Positions 1 to 10,141 are shown, counted from the first letter of the stretch. The stretch is DNA of 64,000 nt from an uncultured Actinomycetes bacterium (GCA_963725665.1 CAVRZA010000011.1:352001-416000); one strand, 5' to 3'. Made by a program: numbers and translations. The notes: a model not told the origin generated them from the sequence alone.

Positions 1-1102
1 GCCGCGGGCGCGGCCTCGCCCGCCTGCCGACCCGCGCGGATCGCTGCGCGCTCGGGCGAGCTGCAGGCCCGGCGACGCGGGGCGCAGCGACCGCGCTGTC
101 GAAACCGGTCACTTGGCCTCCACCATCGGGAGTGCCGCGAGCGGAAGTCGCTCCGCTGGGCAGGTAGAGGGCCACGTGGTGCGCGAGGCTCTCCGGAGTC
201 AGGCCGTTCAGAAGCGCCGGCACATCCTGCGGACCGTTGACGAGGAGGACGAGCAGCTTTGCTTCAGGGCGCGCCGGGTTCGCCGTCGCGAACGCCACAC
301 CCGCTGCCGGCGTCCCGGCGGCCCCGGACGCCGCGAGGGGCAGTATCCGTCCCCCAGCGACCTTGGCGAAGACACCGGACGACGGCCCGTAGTCGAGAAT
401 GGTGCGCAACCACGGCAGACGCAGTGCGGCGTCGGGTGTGGCGGCGATGACGGCCCAAGTCCGAGGCGGAGACGCGCTCAACGACGATCCATTCGGCGTC
501 TGTTGGCTTGCGGTGCGCAGGCCCGCCGACTGCAGCCAGGCGACGATGGGCGCGCCGAGACCGGCGGGGTCCGTCGAGGCGACCCGGAGCGGATGTCCGG
601 CGAAGGGCGCCGGGAAGGCGTCGAGCGAGACGGGGATGAACATCGCCCCGGCCCAGAGGTGGTAGTCCCACCACACCGTCTCACCGCCGCGCAGCCGCCA
701 GGCGTCGGCGCCCACGTCGGCCATGACGCCGTCGACCCAGTAGAACCAGTCGGCCGCGTTGGCCGAGGAGACCGAGCCAAAGGTCGAGCGCAGGCCATCG
801 ATGCCGCTGACGAACTGCCCTCCGTAGCCCGTGTCGACGGTCGCGTGCTCGGCCAGCAGGCGCATGACGGTCATGTCCTTCTTCCACGGCGCGACGGTGT
901 CGACGAGCACCGAGGCGCCGAAGTCGCGCGTGACTACAAGGCGCACCTCGGCGGCCGCGGGCCGGTGGCCCGCGGCCGCCGCAGACGCGGTCTCGGTCGA
1001 TCCGGAGCGCACGCCGGCGCAAGCCGATGCGGCCACGGCGAGCAGGGCCGGCAGCACGACGAGCGCAAAAGCGTTCCGACGTGTCTTCCATCGCGATCTC
1101 AC
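1..1102 (-). CDS. DUF4430-domain lipoprotein (putative cobamide-binding); frame stays open to the window edge
   Basis: Not in the ORF track; translated by hand from GTG 1102. Lipobox-like LAVAASAC, then VRLVVTRDFG...TGYGGQFVSGIDG...DWFYWVDGVMADVGA...VWWDYHLW, typical of DUF4430. Second gene downstream of a B12 riboswitch. Confidence 0.75.
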   Translation of the reverse strand, partial: MRSRWKTRRNAFALVVLPALLAVAASACAGVRSGSTETASAAAAGHRPAAAEVRLVVTRDFGASVLVDTVAPWKKDMTVMRLLAEHATVDTGYGGQFVSGIDGLRSTFGSVSSANAADWFYWVDGVMADVGADAWRLRGGETVWWDYHLWAGAMFIPVSLDAFPAPFAGHPLRVASTDPAGLGAPIVAWLQSAGLRTASQQTPNGSSLSASPPRTWAVIAATPDAALRLPWLRTILDYGPSSGVFAKVAGGRILPLAASGAAGTPAAGVAFATANPARPEAKLLVLLVNGPQDVPALLNGLTPESLAHHVALYLPSGATSARGTPDGGGQVTGFDSAVAAPRVAGPAARPSAQRSARVGRRARPRPR

Positions 1103-1145
1103 CTGTCGGCCACCCGGGGCGCTGCTTTCCTCGTGTACCCGGACG

Positions 1146-2228
1146 TCAGCGAGCGGTGACCATCAACGGCACCGTGTCCGAGCGTCCCCAACCGTCGGTT
1201 GCGGTAAGGCGCAGGCGATAAGTGCCAGCAGGGACGAGACGCCCGCCGGAGGTGCGCCCGTTCCATGCGATGACCCGTCTTCCGGCGTTCTTCGCCGCGC
1301 TGACGGCAGCCAGAAGGACACCGGAACGTGAGCGGACTGTGAGCCGCACGTGCGCTGCCTTCGGGAGATCGAATGCGACGTGCACCGCGTCGACGCCAGG
1401 CACGAATGGGTTGGGCCGGGCAACGACGCGAGAGAGCTTGGGTGCCACGGAGACGTTGACGAGGACGCGCGTCGAGCGCACGTACGTGAACTGCGCGTCC
1501 GTGGCCTTCTCCGCCCAGACACCAGTGGTGCCGGCCGGAACGGCGTCGACCGTGATGGTGCCGTCCAGCGCGTCGCCGTCAGCGCCGTCGACGTACACCT
1601 GGTTGCCGATGTGGAGGGTGGCGCCCGTAATGGCCGGGAACGCGGCCGGCGCGACGACGGTACTCGGGGAGACCTTGAAGCGGTCGGCGTCTGCGTTGCT
1701 GTTCGGTGCGCTCAGCGCGTCGCCGACGACGGTGAACGTAGCCGCCTGGCCGGGCAACAGTGCCTTTGAGGGGGCGACGCGCACGACGAGCAGGTAGCTG
1801 TCCGGGGTGAAGACCGGGCTCTGGTAGAAGACGACCTTGTCGCCGGCCAGCAAGGTGAAAGTGAAGGCGCCGACGTCGATGTTGGGGAAGCCGGCGCCGT
1901 TGACGGCGTACATCCAGGAGTCGAGGCCGGCGATGGCCGACACGTAGTCGCCGCCGAAGCCGGTGACGAAGGTAAAGCCCTTGGGCTGAGCCACCTTGGC
2001 CAGGGCCCCCAGGGCGCTCGCATGGGTGACCGGGTAAGTGTTGGCGGGGGTCGCCGAGTCGGTGATGCTGCCCGTGGAGGGCACCGATACGGCCGTCCAA
2101 GGCGCGACCTGGTAGGCGCTGGCCTCGACGCGAATCGAGGCTTTGACCGCCGCCGAGGCGGCGGGGACGATCGTGAGCCCTGCGAGAAGGACCAGGATCG
2201 TCGCTAGAAGAACTGTGCGTGGTGCCAT
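1146..2228 (-). CDS. Secreted protein with DUF4430-like domain and C-terminal FlgD-type Ig domain
   Basis: ATG 2228 with AAAGGAG RBS; signal peptide ending AASA; GGDYVSAIAG..WMYAVNG..VGA motif; C-terminal PNPF..WNGR..GRLVPAGTY FlgD-Ig signature. Confidence 0.75.
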   Translation of the reverse strand: MAPRTVLLATILVLLAGLTIVPAASAAVKASIRVEASAYQVAPWTAVSVPSTGSITDSATPANTYPVTHASALGALAKVAQPKGFTFVTGFGGDYVSAIAGLDSWMYAVNGAGFPNIDVGAFTFTLLAGDKVVFYQSPVFTPDSYLLVVRVAPSKALLPGQAATFTVVGDALSAPNSNADADRFKVSPSTVVAPAAFPAITGATLHIGNQVYVDGADGDALDGTITVDAVPAGTTGVWAEKATDAQFTYVRSTRVLVNVSVAPKLSRVVARPNPFVPGVDAVHVAFDLPKAAHVRLTVRSRSGVLLAAVSAAKNAGRRVIAWNGRTSGGRLVPAGTYRLRLTATDGWGRSDTVPLMVTAR

Positions 2229-2291
2229 GTGAGCTCCTTTCCGGGCGCGGGATGTCTCCCTCTCCTCCGTACGAAGCTCCCCTGGAACCGC

Positions 2292-2320
2292 AAAGACCCC
2301 GCCGCTCTCGCGACGGGGTC
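2292..2320 (-). terminator. Intrinsic terminator in the riboswitch expression platform
   Basis: Minus strand GACCCCGTCGC-GAGA-GCGGCGGGGTC-TTT, located between the aptamer and the start codon. Confidence 0.6.
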
Positions 2321-2384
2321 CTCCATCTCGTACCTGCCGTGCGCTCGAGAACCCATCCGCGTGGGGAGCAGCTTCGCATGGCGG

Positions 2385-2580
2385 CTTGGCAGGTTTTCTG
2401 GCTCCCGGTCGCACCTGAGACTCAACAGCCCCCGGCGTCGGCCGTCGCTACCTTCCCGGGCGCTACGGCCCAGTGGCTCCTCTACAGAGGACTAGCGACG
2501 GACGCGACCGGTCACAGCGGCGGGACCGCGCCGGATTCGCACCGGCTTCCCTTTTGTCCGAAGGGCACCGTAGCCGCGCG
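2385..2580 (-). ncRNA. Cobalamin (B12) riboswitch
   Basis: Minus strand GGTGCCC...AAAAGGGAAGCCGGTGCGAATCCGGCGCGGTCCCGCCGCTGTGA...GCCACTG...GGGAAGG...GGGAGCCAGAAAACCTGCC, including the B12 box. Confidence 0.93.
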
Positions 2581-2994
2581 CCTGTTCGCATTACGCCGCG
2601 ATGCTACAGCAGCGGCGGGCCCCAGTCCAACACTGTGCCGTTGCCCTCTTGCCGCGCTCTAGACGCTTGTTCCAGAAAGCCTGTGCCTCCCACTGACGAT
2701 AGCTGGAGACGAAGGGTCCGGCAGGAGAGGGACGAGGACCACAACCGACACCGCGTCATGCGGTGTCGGTGGGCAAGCGTCGAGAGCCCGCCGACGGTGG
2801 CGCTGCAAAAGGACGGCGACGCCGACGAGGGCTGGGCGGGACGTGCGGAGGACGAAGGGGCTCCTCGAGGCGGAGGATCCTGGGGAGGACGAGGCGCTCA
2901 TCTCGCGCCTCCGCGCGGTAAGGCAGCCGCACCTGGGGTGCGGTGTGGGGGGCCGGGGCCGGCCACCGAACGGCGGCCGGCCCCGGTGATGCGA

Positions 2995-3034
2995 CCGGCG
3001 CGGCCCCGGCTCCAAGGAGCCGGGGCCGCGCCGG
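2995..3034. repeat. Perfect 19-bp inverted repeat (hairpin, terminator-like)
   Basis: CCGGCGCGGCCCCGGCTCC-AA-GGAGCCGGGGCCGCGCCGG. Confidence 0.7.
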
Positions 3035-3204
3035 CTCCCGGTCCTGTCCTAGAGGATCTATGAGGATCGCGGCCTCCCGGCGGCGATGCGGGTTGAACTG
3101 CGTCGCAAGGGCCTCGCCGACACCCGACCGAAACAGTGCTTTGCAGGGGCGGACGCGCGTCCGGAGAAAGCGTTACTCGGACGGCGTTGTATCCTAGACG
3201 CGCC

Positions 3205-4308
3205 ATGCCCGGACTGATATCGCTCGTCATACCGGTCTACAACGAAGCCGGCAGCCTTGAGCCTCTCATGGAGGAGATCGCCGCGGCTCTGCCGCCGACG
3301 GGTCACCCGTTCGAGGTGGTCTTTGTCGACGACGGCTCGACCGACGGCTCGTTCGCCGTCATGGAGAAGCTCGCCGCGGCGAATCCCACCGTGCGCGCGC
3401 TCAAGCTGCGGCGCAACTTCGGCAAGGCCGCGGCTCTAGCGCACGGCTTCACCGATGCGAGGGGCGAGATCATCGTCACGCTCGACGGCGACCGCCAGGA
3501 CGACCCCGCCGAGATCCCCAAGCTGCTCGCCAAGCTCGACGAGGGCTACGACCTCGTCTCGGGGTGGAAGCAGCGCCGCCAGGACCCGCCGACCAAGACG
3601 ATCCCCTCGCGCTTCTTCAACTGGACGGTGCGCAAGACGACTGGGATCCCGCTGCACGACTTCAACTGCGGCCTCAAGGCGTGCCGCCGCGAGGTGGTGC
3701 AGAACATCAACGTCTACGGCGAGCTGCACCGCTACATCCCCGTGGTCGCCAGCGACCGCGGCTTCAGGGTGGGCGAAGTCAAGGTGGCCCACCGGCGACG
3801 CTCGGCGGGACGCTCCAAGTACGGCGCGCGACGGTACTTGCGCGGCTACCTCGACCTTTTGACTGTACTCTTCCTCGGTCGTTACCAGCACCGGCCGTTG
3901 CACCTGTTCGGCGGCCTCGGCACCCTGGTCTTAGTGATCGGCGTGCTCATTGACATCTACCTCACCGTCGACAAGCTGGCCTTCGGGCACGCCATCGGCC
4001 AGCGGCCGCTCTTCGTGCTCGGCAATCTGCTCATCGTGGTCGGCGTGCAGTTGCTCTCCCTCGGCCTGCTCAGTGAGCTCATCACGAGCGGGCGCGCGCG
4101 CTCCGGGCGCGAGCGCTACGAGGTCGCGCGCGAGGTCGACTTCCGCACCGTCTTCGAGGACACGACCGGCGTGCATAGCACGCCGGCGCAGCTCCCGTCG
4201 GGCAGCACGCTGGCGGAGGGCGGCGTGACGCCGCCGACGGCGAAGCCGGCGTCGGCGGCGTCACAGCCGGGCGACGCGCCGCGGGCGAGGCGCTCCGGCG
4301 GCGCCTGA
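3205..4308 (+). CDS. GT2 polyprenol-phosphate glycosyltransferase (ArnC/GtrB/DPM-like)
   Basis: SLVIPVYNE, FVDDGSTD, RRNFGKAAAL, LDGDRQDDP, HDFNCGLK motifs; two C-terminal TM helices. Confidence 0.92.
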   Translation: MPGLISLVIPVYNEAGSLEPLMEEIAAALPPTGHPFEVVFVDDGSTDGSFAVMEKLAAANPTVRALKLRRNFGKAAALAHGFTDARGEIIVTLDGDRQDDPAEIPKLLAKLDEGYDLVSGWKQRRQDPPTKTIPSRFFNWTVRKTTGIPLHDFNCGLKACRREVVQNINVYGELHRYIPVVASDRGFRVGEVKVAHRRRSAGRSKYGARRYLRGYLDLLTVLFLGRYQHRPLHLFGGLGTLVLVIGVLIDIYLTVDKLAFGHAIGQRPLFVLGNLLIVVGVQLLSLGLLSELITSGRARSGRERYEVAREVDFRTVFEDTTGVHSTPAQLPSGSTLAEGGVTPPTAKPASAASQPGDAPRARRSGGA

Positions 4309-4401
4309 CGGTGGCGTTGCGCGCCGCCAGGCTTTTCGACGCCGGTCCCCGGCACACGGTCTGACGATGTCCGCCGTGACCTCTCGCGGCGCCACCTGAC
4401 G

Positions 4402-5574
4402 ATGCCCGTCAGCGTCGCCTACTTCGGCACCTACGACCCCGCCTACCCGCGCAACCGCGTGCTCATCGAGGGACTGCGCGCCGCCGGCGCCACGGTGACC
4501 GAGTACGACGCGCCGCTGTCGGCGGAACTGACGGCGGCGCGTCTCGCGAGCGTCGCGGGCGCGGGCGAGCTCGCCGTCGAGCTCGGCCGCGCCCACCTGC
4601 GTCTGGCGCGCATGCACCCCGACTGGGCGTCGGCCGACGTGGTGCTCGTCGGCTATCCCGGCCACCTTGTGGTGCCCTTCGCTTGGGCGGTGGCGCGTGT
4701 GCGCCGCGCCCGACTCGTCTTCGACCCGCTCGTCTCGTTGCACGACACGTTCGTCGGCGATCGACGGCTGGTCGGCGGCGCCGGCTTGGCGGCGGGCGCC
4801 GCGAGCGCCGTCGATCGCCTCGCCTTCGCTCTCCCGGACCTGGTGCTCGCCGACACGGCGGCGCACGCGCGTTTCTACGCCGGCGCCTTCGGGCGGGCGG
4901 AGCGTGGGCTCGCCGTGGCGCCGGTCGGGGCGCTGCCGGTGGCCGGGGCCACCGGCAGCGCCCGCGACCTCGGGCCCGACGAGCCCCTCGTCGTGTTCCA
5001 GTACGGCAAGTGGAGCCCCTTGCACGGCGCCGGCGTCGTGGTCGGAGCCGCCGAGCTGTTGCGCGACGAGCCGTTCCGCTTCGTGCTCGCCGGCGAGGGA
5101 CAGCTCTCCTCGGAGTTGCGTGCGCGCATCGGCGGTGCGGGGCTCGAGAACGTCGAGTGGACGGGCATGCTCCCCGCCGACGAGCTGCGCGCGCGCACGC
5201 TCGCCGCGGACGTCTGCATCGGCGTGCTCGGCGCCACGGAGAAGGCGGCGCGCGTCGTGCCCAACAAGGTCTACGACGCGTTGGCAGCCGGCCGCCCGAT
5301 CGTGACCGCCGACTCGCCGGCGGCGCGCGAGGCGCTCGTCGGCGGCGAGTCGGCGCTGCTCGTGCCGGCCGGCTCGGCGGAGGCGCTCGCCGCGGTGCTG
5401 AGGCGCCTGCGCGCCCGCGGTGAGCGCCTCTATCTGGGCCGCAACGCCTTGGCTCTCTACCGCGAGCGCTTCACGCCGGAGGCGATCGGCGGCGACCTCC
5501 TGACGCGCCTGGAGCAGCTCGTCGTCGGCTCGCCCGCCGCCGCGCGTCCCACGGCGGCGGAGGATCCCCGGTGA
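4402..5574 (+). CDS. GT4-family glycosyltransferase
   Basis: VVPNKVYDALAAGRPIVT GT-B motif. Confidence 0.88.
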   Translation: MPVSVAYFGTYDPAYPRNRVLIEGLRAAGATVTEYDAPLSAELTAARLASVAGAGELAVELGRAHLRLARMHPDWASADVVLVGYPGHLVVPFAWAVARVRRARLVFDPLVSLHDTFVGDRRLVGGAGLAAGAASAVDRLAFALPDLVLADTAAHARFYAGAFGRAERGLAVAPVGALPVAGATGSARDLGPDEPLVVFQYGKWSPLHGAGVVVGAAELLRDEPFRFVLAGEGQLSSELRARIGGAGLENVEWTGMLPADELRARTLAADVCIGVLGATEKAARVVPNKVYDALAAGRPIVTADSPAAREALVGGESALLVPAGSAEALAAVLRRLRARGERLYLGRNALALYRERFTPEAIGGDLLTRLEQLVVGSPAAARPTAAEDPR

Positions 5575-6524
5575 ACAGGCGATTCCTCCTCCGGCTCGCC
5601 CAGGCCGCCGTCTTCGCGGTGGTCGCGGCCTTCATCGTCGCGCGGCTGGCGAGCTCGTGGGACACCGTCACCACCTACTCGTGGCGCCTGAGCGCCGCGC
5701 CTCTGGCGGCCTCCGTCGCGTTGTTCCTCGTCTTCTACTGGCTCAACGGGCTCGCCTGGTGGCTGCTCGTGCGCGGCTTCCGCCTGCGCGCCGGCCTGCA
5801 CGACAGCGTCGCCGTGTGGGGACAGTCGATCCTGGCGCGCTACGTACCCGGCAACGTCTTCATGTTCGTCGGCCGTGCCCTGCTCGCCCAGCGTCGCGGT
5901 CTCGCTCTGGAGCCGATCGGCGCCGCCATGATCTACGAGCAGGCGCTCGCCTTCGCGGCCGCGCTTGTGACCGCGGCCGCGCTCTTCCCCTTCGCCCACG
6001 ATGAACCGGCGGCGGCACTCTGGGGACTCGTGGGCATCCCGGTGATCCTCGTGGCGTTGCACCCGCGCGTCTTCTCGCCGGTCGTCGGCCGTGTGCTGCG
6101 CATGCTGCGCCGCCCCGCGCTCGAGGTCGTGCTGCCCTATGGCACCGTGCTTGCGCTGCTCTGTCTCTACATCGTCGTCTGGCTCGTCGCCGGCGCCGCG
6201 GCGTACGCGTTCGCGGCGGGGGTGACGGACGCGGGGCGCGACGCTCTCGTGCCGGTGACGGCCGGGTACGCGCTGGGGTTCGTGGCCGGCATGGTGGCCT
6301 TCGTCTTTCCCAGCGGACTCGGGGTGCGCGAGGCGGTGCTGGCCGCGACCCTGGCGGGCTCGCTGCCGGCCGGGGTAGCCTTGGCGTGGGCGCTGCTCCT
6401 GCGTCTCTGGCAGACCGTCGTCGAGCTCGTCTTCGTGGCGCTGGCGACCGGTCTTGCGCGCTTCAAGGACGGGACGACGCCCGAGGAGCAGACGCTCGTC
6501 GAACCCGGGGGACGCGAGACGTGA
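5571..6524 (+). CDS. LPG-synthase-TM / flippase-like membrane protein (UPF0104)
   Basis: LARYVPG and PSGLGVRE motifs; multiple TM segments; GTGA overlap with the GT4 gene. Confidence 0.82.
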   Translation: MNRRFLLRLAQAAVFAVVAAFIVARLASSWDTVTTYSWRLSAAPLAASVALFLVFYWLNGLAWWLLVRGFRLRAGLHDSVAVWGQSILARYVPGNVFMFVGRALLAQRRGLALEPIGAAMIYEQALAFAAALVTAAALFPFAHDEPAAALWGLVGIPVILVALHPRVFSPVVGRVLRMLRRPALEVVLPYGTVLALLCLYIVVWLVAGAAAYAFAAGVTDAGRDALVPVTAGYALGFVAGMVAFVFPSGLGVREAVLAATLAGSLPAGVALAWALLLRLWQTVVELVFVALATGLARFKDGTTPEEQTLVEPGGRET

Positions 6525-6546
6525 CGCAACGGCGAGAGGACTCGGC

Positions 6547-8145
6547 GTGACGAAGAGGACGGGGGCGATGGCGGCGCGGCGCGTCGGCGGCGCGCCCGCC
6601 GCCATCGCCCCCTCCGGCACCGCGGCGGTCGCCGACGACGCGCCCGACGGCGCCGCTCTCGACTCCGCCGAGGTGCGCCGTTTCGGCTGGTGCGTGCTCG
6701 CGTTCGCTCTCGCGGTCGCCGCCGTCCTGAGCCTGCTCTCGATCCAGCTCTACAACGGCTTCGCCTTCGGCCGCTACGACATGGGCAACATGGTGCAGGC
6801 GGTCTACAACACGGCGCACGGGCACGTGCTCGAGGTCACCGGTGCCGACGGCAAGCAGTTCACGCGCCTGGGCGCCCACGTCGACCCGATCCTCGCTTTC
6901 TTCGCCCTGCCCTGGCTCGTCTGGCCGAGCCCCAAGATGCTGCTCGTGCTGCAGGCCGTGATCGTCGCTGCTAGCGCGTGGCCGGCGTACCGTCTGGGGC
7001 TGCGCTTCTTGAAGGACGTGAGGGCGGCGGCGCTCTGCGCCGCCGCCCTCCTCCTCTACCCGCCCCTGCAGTTCACTGTGCTCAACGAGTTCCACCCCAT
7101 CACGCTGGTCATCCCACTGCTTCTCTTCGCCTTCCTCTACCTCGAGGAGGACCGGGTGTGGCGTGCGCTGCCCTTCCTCGTGCTCGCGGCGATCTGCAAG
7201 GAGGACGTGCCCCTCGTCATCGTCCTCATGGGCGGCTACTTCGCGCTGCGCAAACGTGCCTGGTGGCCGCTCCTCATCAGCGCGGCGGCGGCCGCCTACT
7301 TCCTCCTCGCGGTACTGGTCGTGATCCCCCACTACAACCCCGGGGGGAGTCCGTTCATCAACCGCTACACGCCGACGGGCTCGACCCCGGGCGACGTGGT
7401 GCGCGAGCTGCTGGGCCACCCCACGACGACGGCGGGCAAGCTCTTCGGCTGGTCGAACGTCCACTACCTGCTGCAGCTCCTCTGGCCGTTCGCCTTCATG
7501 CCGGTGCTGAGCCCTCTCACGGCGCTGATCGCGCTGCCGGAGTACCTCCTGAACGGACTCTCCACGGTCACCTACCAGCGCTCGATCGCCTTCCACTACG
7601 TGGCCGCCGAGGTGCCCTTCCTCTACGCGGCCGCGGTGCTCGGCATCGCCCGCCTGCACCGCTGGCTCGTGCGCGGTGTGGGCCCGTGGAAGGTCAAGGA
7701 GCGGGACGGCAAGAGCCCAGAGCAGCGGCGGTCCCTGATCGGCGTCGAAGGCCTCGCCCTCGTCGTCCTTGTGGTCTCGGTGGCCGCCAACTACTTCATG
7801 GGACCGCTGCCGCTCTCGCTCCCGGGGGCGAGGTATTCGGGCGCCGCCTACCGCGTGCCAAGCCACGCGAAGGCCCTCACCGGAGCCGTGCGCATGATCC
7901 CAAGGGGAGTGACGGTGAGCGCGGAGAACGACGCCGGCTCGCAGCTCTCCGACCGGCGCGTCATCTACGTCTTCCCCTACATGGACGAGGCGAAGTACAT
8001 CGTCGTCGACGACAGGAAGCCCTTCTGGTTCGACAAGCCGAACGCCGCGCTGCACAGCCAGGCGCTGGGGCAGTTGGTGCTCAACCAGGCTTACCAGTCG
8101 GTGTACGCGCTTGACGGCGTCTACGTCTTCAAGCGCGTAAAGTAG
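6547..8145 (+). CDS. DUF2079 membrane protein (GT-C-like)
   Basis: YDMGNMVQAVYN, LGAHVDPIL, EFHP, CKED and FHY motifs. Start is GTG 6547 or ATG 6568. Confidence 0.82.
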   Translation: MTKRTGAMAARRVGGAPAAIAPSGTAAVADDAPDGAALDSAEVRRFGWCVLAFALAVAAVLSLLSIQLYNGFAFGRYDMGNMVQAVYNTAHGHVLEVTGADGKQFTRLGAHVDPILAFFALPWLVWPSPKMLLVLQAVIVAASAWPAYRLGLRFLKDVRAAALCAAALLLYPPLQFTVLNEFHPITLVIPLLLFAFLYLEEDRVWRALPFLVLAAICKEDVPLVIVLMGGYFALRKRAWWPLLISAAAAAYFLLAVLVVIPHYNPGGSPFINRYTPTGSTPGDVVRELLGHPTTTAGKLFGWSNVHYLLQLLWPFAFMPVLSPLTALIALPEYLLNGLSTVTYQRSIAFHYVAAEVPFLYAAAVLGIARLHRWLVRGVGPWKVKERDGKSPEQRRSLIGVEGLALVVLVVSVAANYFMGPLPLSLPGARYSGAAYRVPSHAKALTGAVRMIPRGVTVSAENDAGSQLSDRRVIYVFPYMDEAKYIVVDDRKPFWFDKPNAALHSQALGQLVLNQAYQSVYALDGVYVFKRVK

Positions 8146-8262
8146 CGCTCGCCCCCGCCCGCTGTTCTCCAGCTTGCGACGCCCCTCCAGTCGCCCCACT
8201 ACCCGTGTAGAACTCGTGGGTGCGGGGAGAATCTAGGCCAAACCACCTGAAAGGACCTTGGC

Positions 8263-9282
8263 ATGGAACTCGGGATGATGGGTCTCGGCCGCATGGGCGC
8301 CAACATGGCCTTGCGGCTTACGCGCGCCGGCCACGGCATCGTCGGCTACGCGCGTCATTGGGAGACGGTGCAGCGCGTCTTGGATGAAGGGGCCATCGGG
8401 CGCGGGGCGCACTCGCCCGAAGAGCTCGTCTCCATGCTCACGCCGCCGCGCGTGGTGTGGTTGATGGTGCCGGCCGCCTCCGTCGACGCGACGCTCGACC
8501 TGCTCACGCCGCTCCTCTCGGAGGGCGACACCGTGATCGACGGGGGCAACTCCTACTATCGCGACGACATCCGGCGCGCCAAAGAGCTCAAAGCGAAGGG
8601 CCTGCATTACCTCGACGTCGGCACCAGCGGCGGGGTGTGGGGCCTCGAACGGGGCTACTGCCAGATGATCGGCGGCGAGCCCGAGGTGGCCCGGCGTCTC
8701 GACCCCGTGTTCGCGGCTCTCGCCCCCGGCGCCGCCGCGGCGCCGCGCACCCCCGGCCGCGAGCAGGCAGGCGGGACGGCCGAGCAGGGCTACCTGCTCT
8801 GCGGTCCCAACGGCGCCGGGCACTTCGTGAAGATGGTGCACAACGGCATCGAGTACGGTCTCATGGCCGCCTACGCGGAGGGCTTCAACATCCTGCGTCA
8901 CGCCAACATCGGCAAAGAGGAGGCCGTCGTCGACGCCGAGACGGCACCGCTCTCCGACCCCGACGCTTATCGCTACGATCTCGACCTTAAGGACATCGCC
9001 GAGGCCTGGAGGCGCGGCAGCGTGGTCGCCTCGTGGCTCCTCGACTTGAGCGCCGCCGCCTTCCTCAAGAGCCCGCAGCTCGAGGAGTTCGGCGGGCGTG
9101 TGGCCGACTCGGGCGAGGGGCGCTGGACGATGCACGCCGCCATCGACGAGGGCGTGCCGGCGCCGGTTCTGGCCACCGCGCTCTTCGAGCGGTTCTCGTC
9201 GCGCGGGCACGCCGAGTTCGCCGACAAGCTGCTCTCGGCCATGCGCCTCGAGTTCGGGGGGCACGTCGAGAAGAAGGGCTAG
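8263..9282 (+). CDS. gnd: 6-phosphogluconate dehydrogenase, decarboxylating (YqeC type)
   Basis: [36 protein letters not shown] motifs. Confidence 0.95.
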   Translation: MELGMMGLGRMGANMALRLTRAGHGIVGYARHWETVQRVLDEGAIGRGAHSPEELVSMLTPPRVVWLMVPAASVDATLDLLTPLLSEGDTVIDGGNSYYRDDIRRAKELKAKGLHYLDVGTSGGVWGLERGYCQMIGGEPEVARRLDPVFAALAPGAAAAPRTPGREQAGGTAEQGYLLCGPNGAGHFVKMVHNGIEYGLMAAYAEGFNILRHANIGKEEAVVDAETAPLSDPDAYRYDLDLKDIAEAWRRGSVVASWLLDLSAAAFLKSPQLEEFGGRVADSGEGRWTMHAAIDEGVPAPVLATALFERFSSRGHAEFADKLLSAMRLEFGGHVEKKG

Positions 9283-9316
9283 GGGAGTAGGTCGGGCGGC
9301 CGGCCGGAGGGGAGGG

Positions 9317-10141
9317 ATGGACGCTGCGATGGCCGAGGTGGAGGTCTTCGCCGAGCCGGCGGCGGTGATGCTCGCGGCGGCGGAGCAGGTGGTCGAGGCG
9401 GCCACGACAGCGGTCGCGGCGCGCGGACGGTTTGCGGTCGCCCTGTCGGGCGGCTCGACGCCGAAGGCGCTCTACGAGCTGCTGGCGACCGACGAGTACG
9501 CGCGCCGCATCGACTGGCCTCGCGTGCACGTCTTCTTCGGCGACGAGCGCTGCGTGCCGGCGTCGGATCCGCAGAGCAACGAGCGCATGGCGCGCGTCGC
9601 CCTGCTCGACCGGGCGGCGCTGCCGCAAGAGAACATCCACCCCATGCGTTGCGCCGACGATGCGACGGGGGCGGCCGCCGCGTACGAGCGCGAGCTGCGC
9701 TCGTTCTTCGCGGCGGCCGCCCCCGTCGGCGGCGCTGCCGCCGACCCAAATGCGCAGAGCGGCGGCACCACCGCAGACGTCGAACCGCCCCGCACCTTCG
9801 ACCTCGTCTTGCTGGGCTTGGGCACCAACGGCCACACCGCCTCCCTGTTCCCCGGCCTCTGCGCGGTGCGGGAGACGAGGCGCTGGGTCGTCGCGGAGTA
9901 CGTGGCCGAGGTGGGCCAGTGGCGGATGACACTGACGGCGCCGGCCATCAACGCCGCGGCTGCCATCACCTTCATCGTGACGGGGGCCGAGAAGGCGGCC
10001 GTGCTGCGGCGCGTGCTCGAGGGCCGGCGCGACGTGAACGTCACGCCGGCCCAGGCCATCGCGCCGCATGCCGGCGGTCGCCTGCGCTGGCTCGTTGATG
10101 CCGCCGCGGCCGCAGGCCTGAAGGAGGCGGTGTCGCCGTGA
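9317..10141 (+). CDS. pgl: 6-phosphogluconolactonase
   Basis: ALSGGSTP, FGDERCV, LGLGTNGHTASLFP motifs. Confidence 0.93.
   Translation: MDAAMAEVEVFAEPAAVMLAAAEQVVEAATTAVAARGRFAVALSGGSTPKALYELLATDEYARRIDWPRVHVFFGDERCVPASDPQSNERMARVALLDRAALPQENIHPMRCADDATGAAAAYERELRSFFAAAAPVGGAAADPNAQSGGTTADVEPPRTFDLVLLGLGTNGHTASLFPGLCAVRETRRWVVAEYVAEVGQWRMTLTAPAINAAAAITFIVTGAEKAAVLRRVLEGRRDVNVTPAQAIAPHAGGRLRWLVDAAAAAGLKEAVSP

Noticed and set aside
113-1159. 348-aa plus-strand ORF and other long antisense ORFs (e.g. 14604..17378, 55283..58096, 61986..63983)
   Set aside because: Shadow ORFs opposite well-supported genes, as expected in high-GC DNA.
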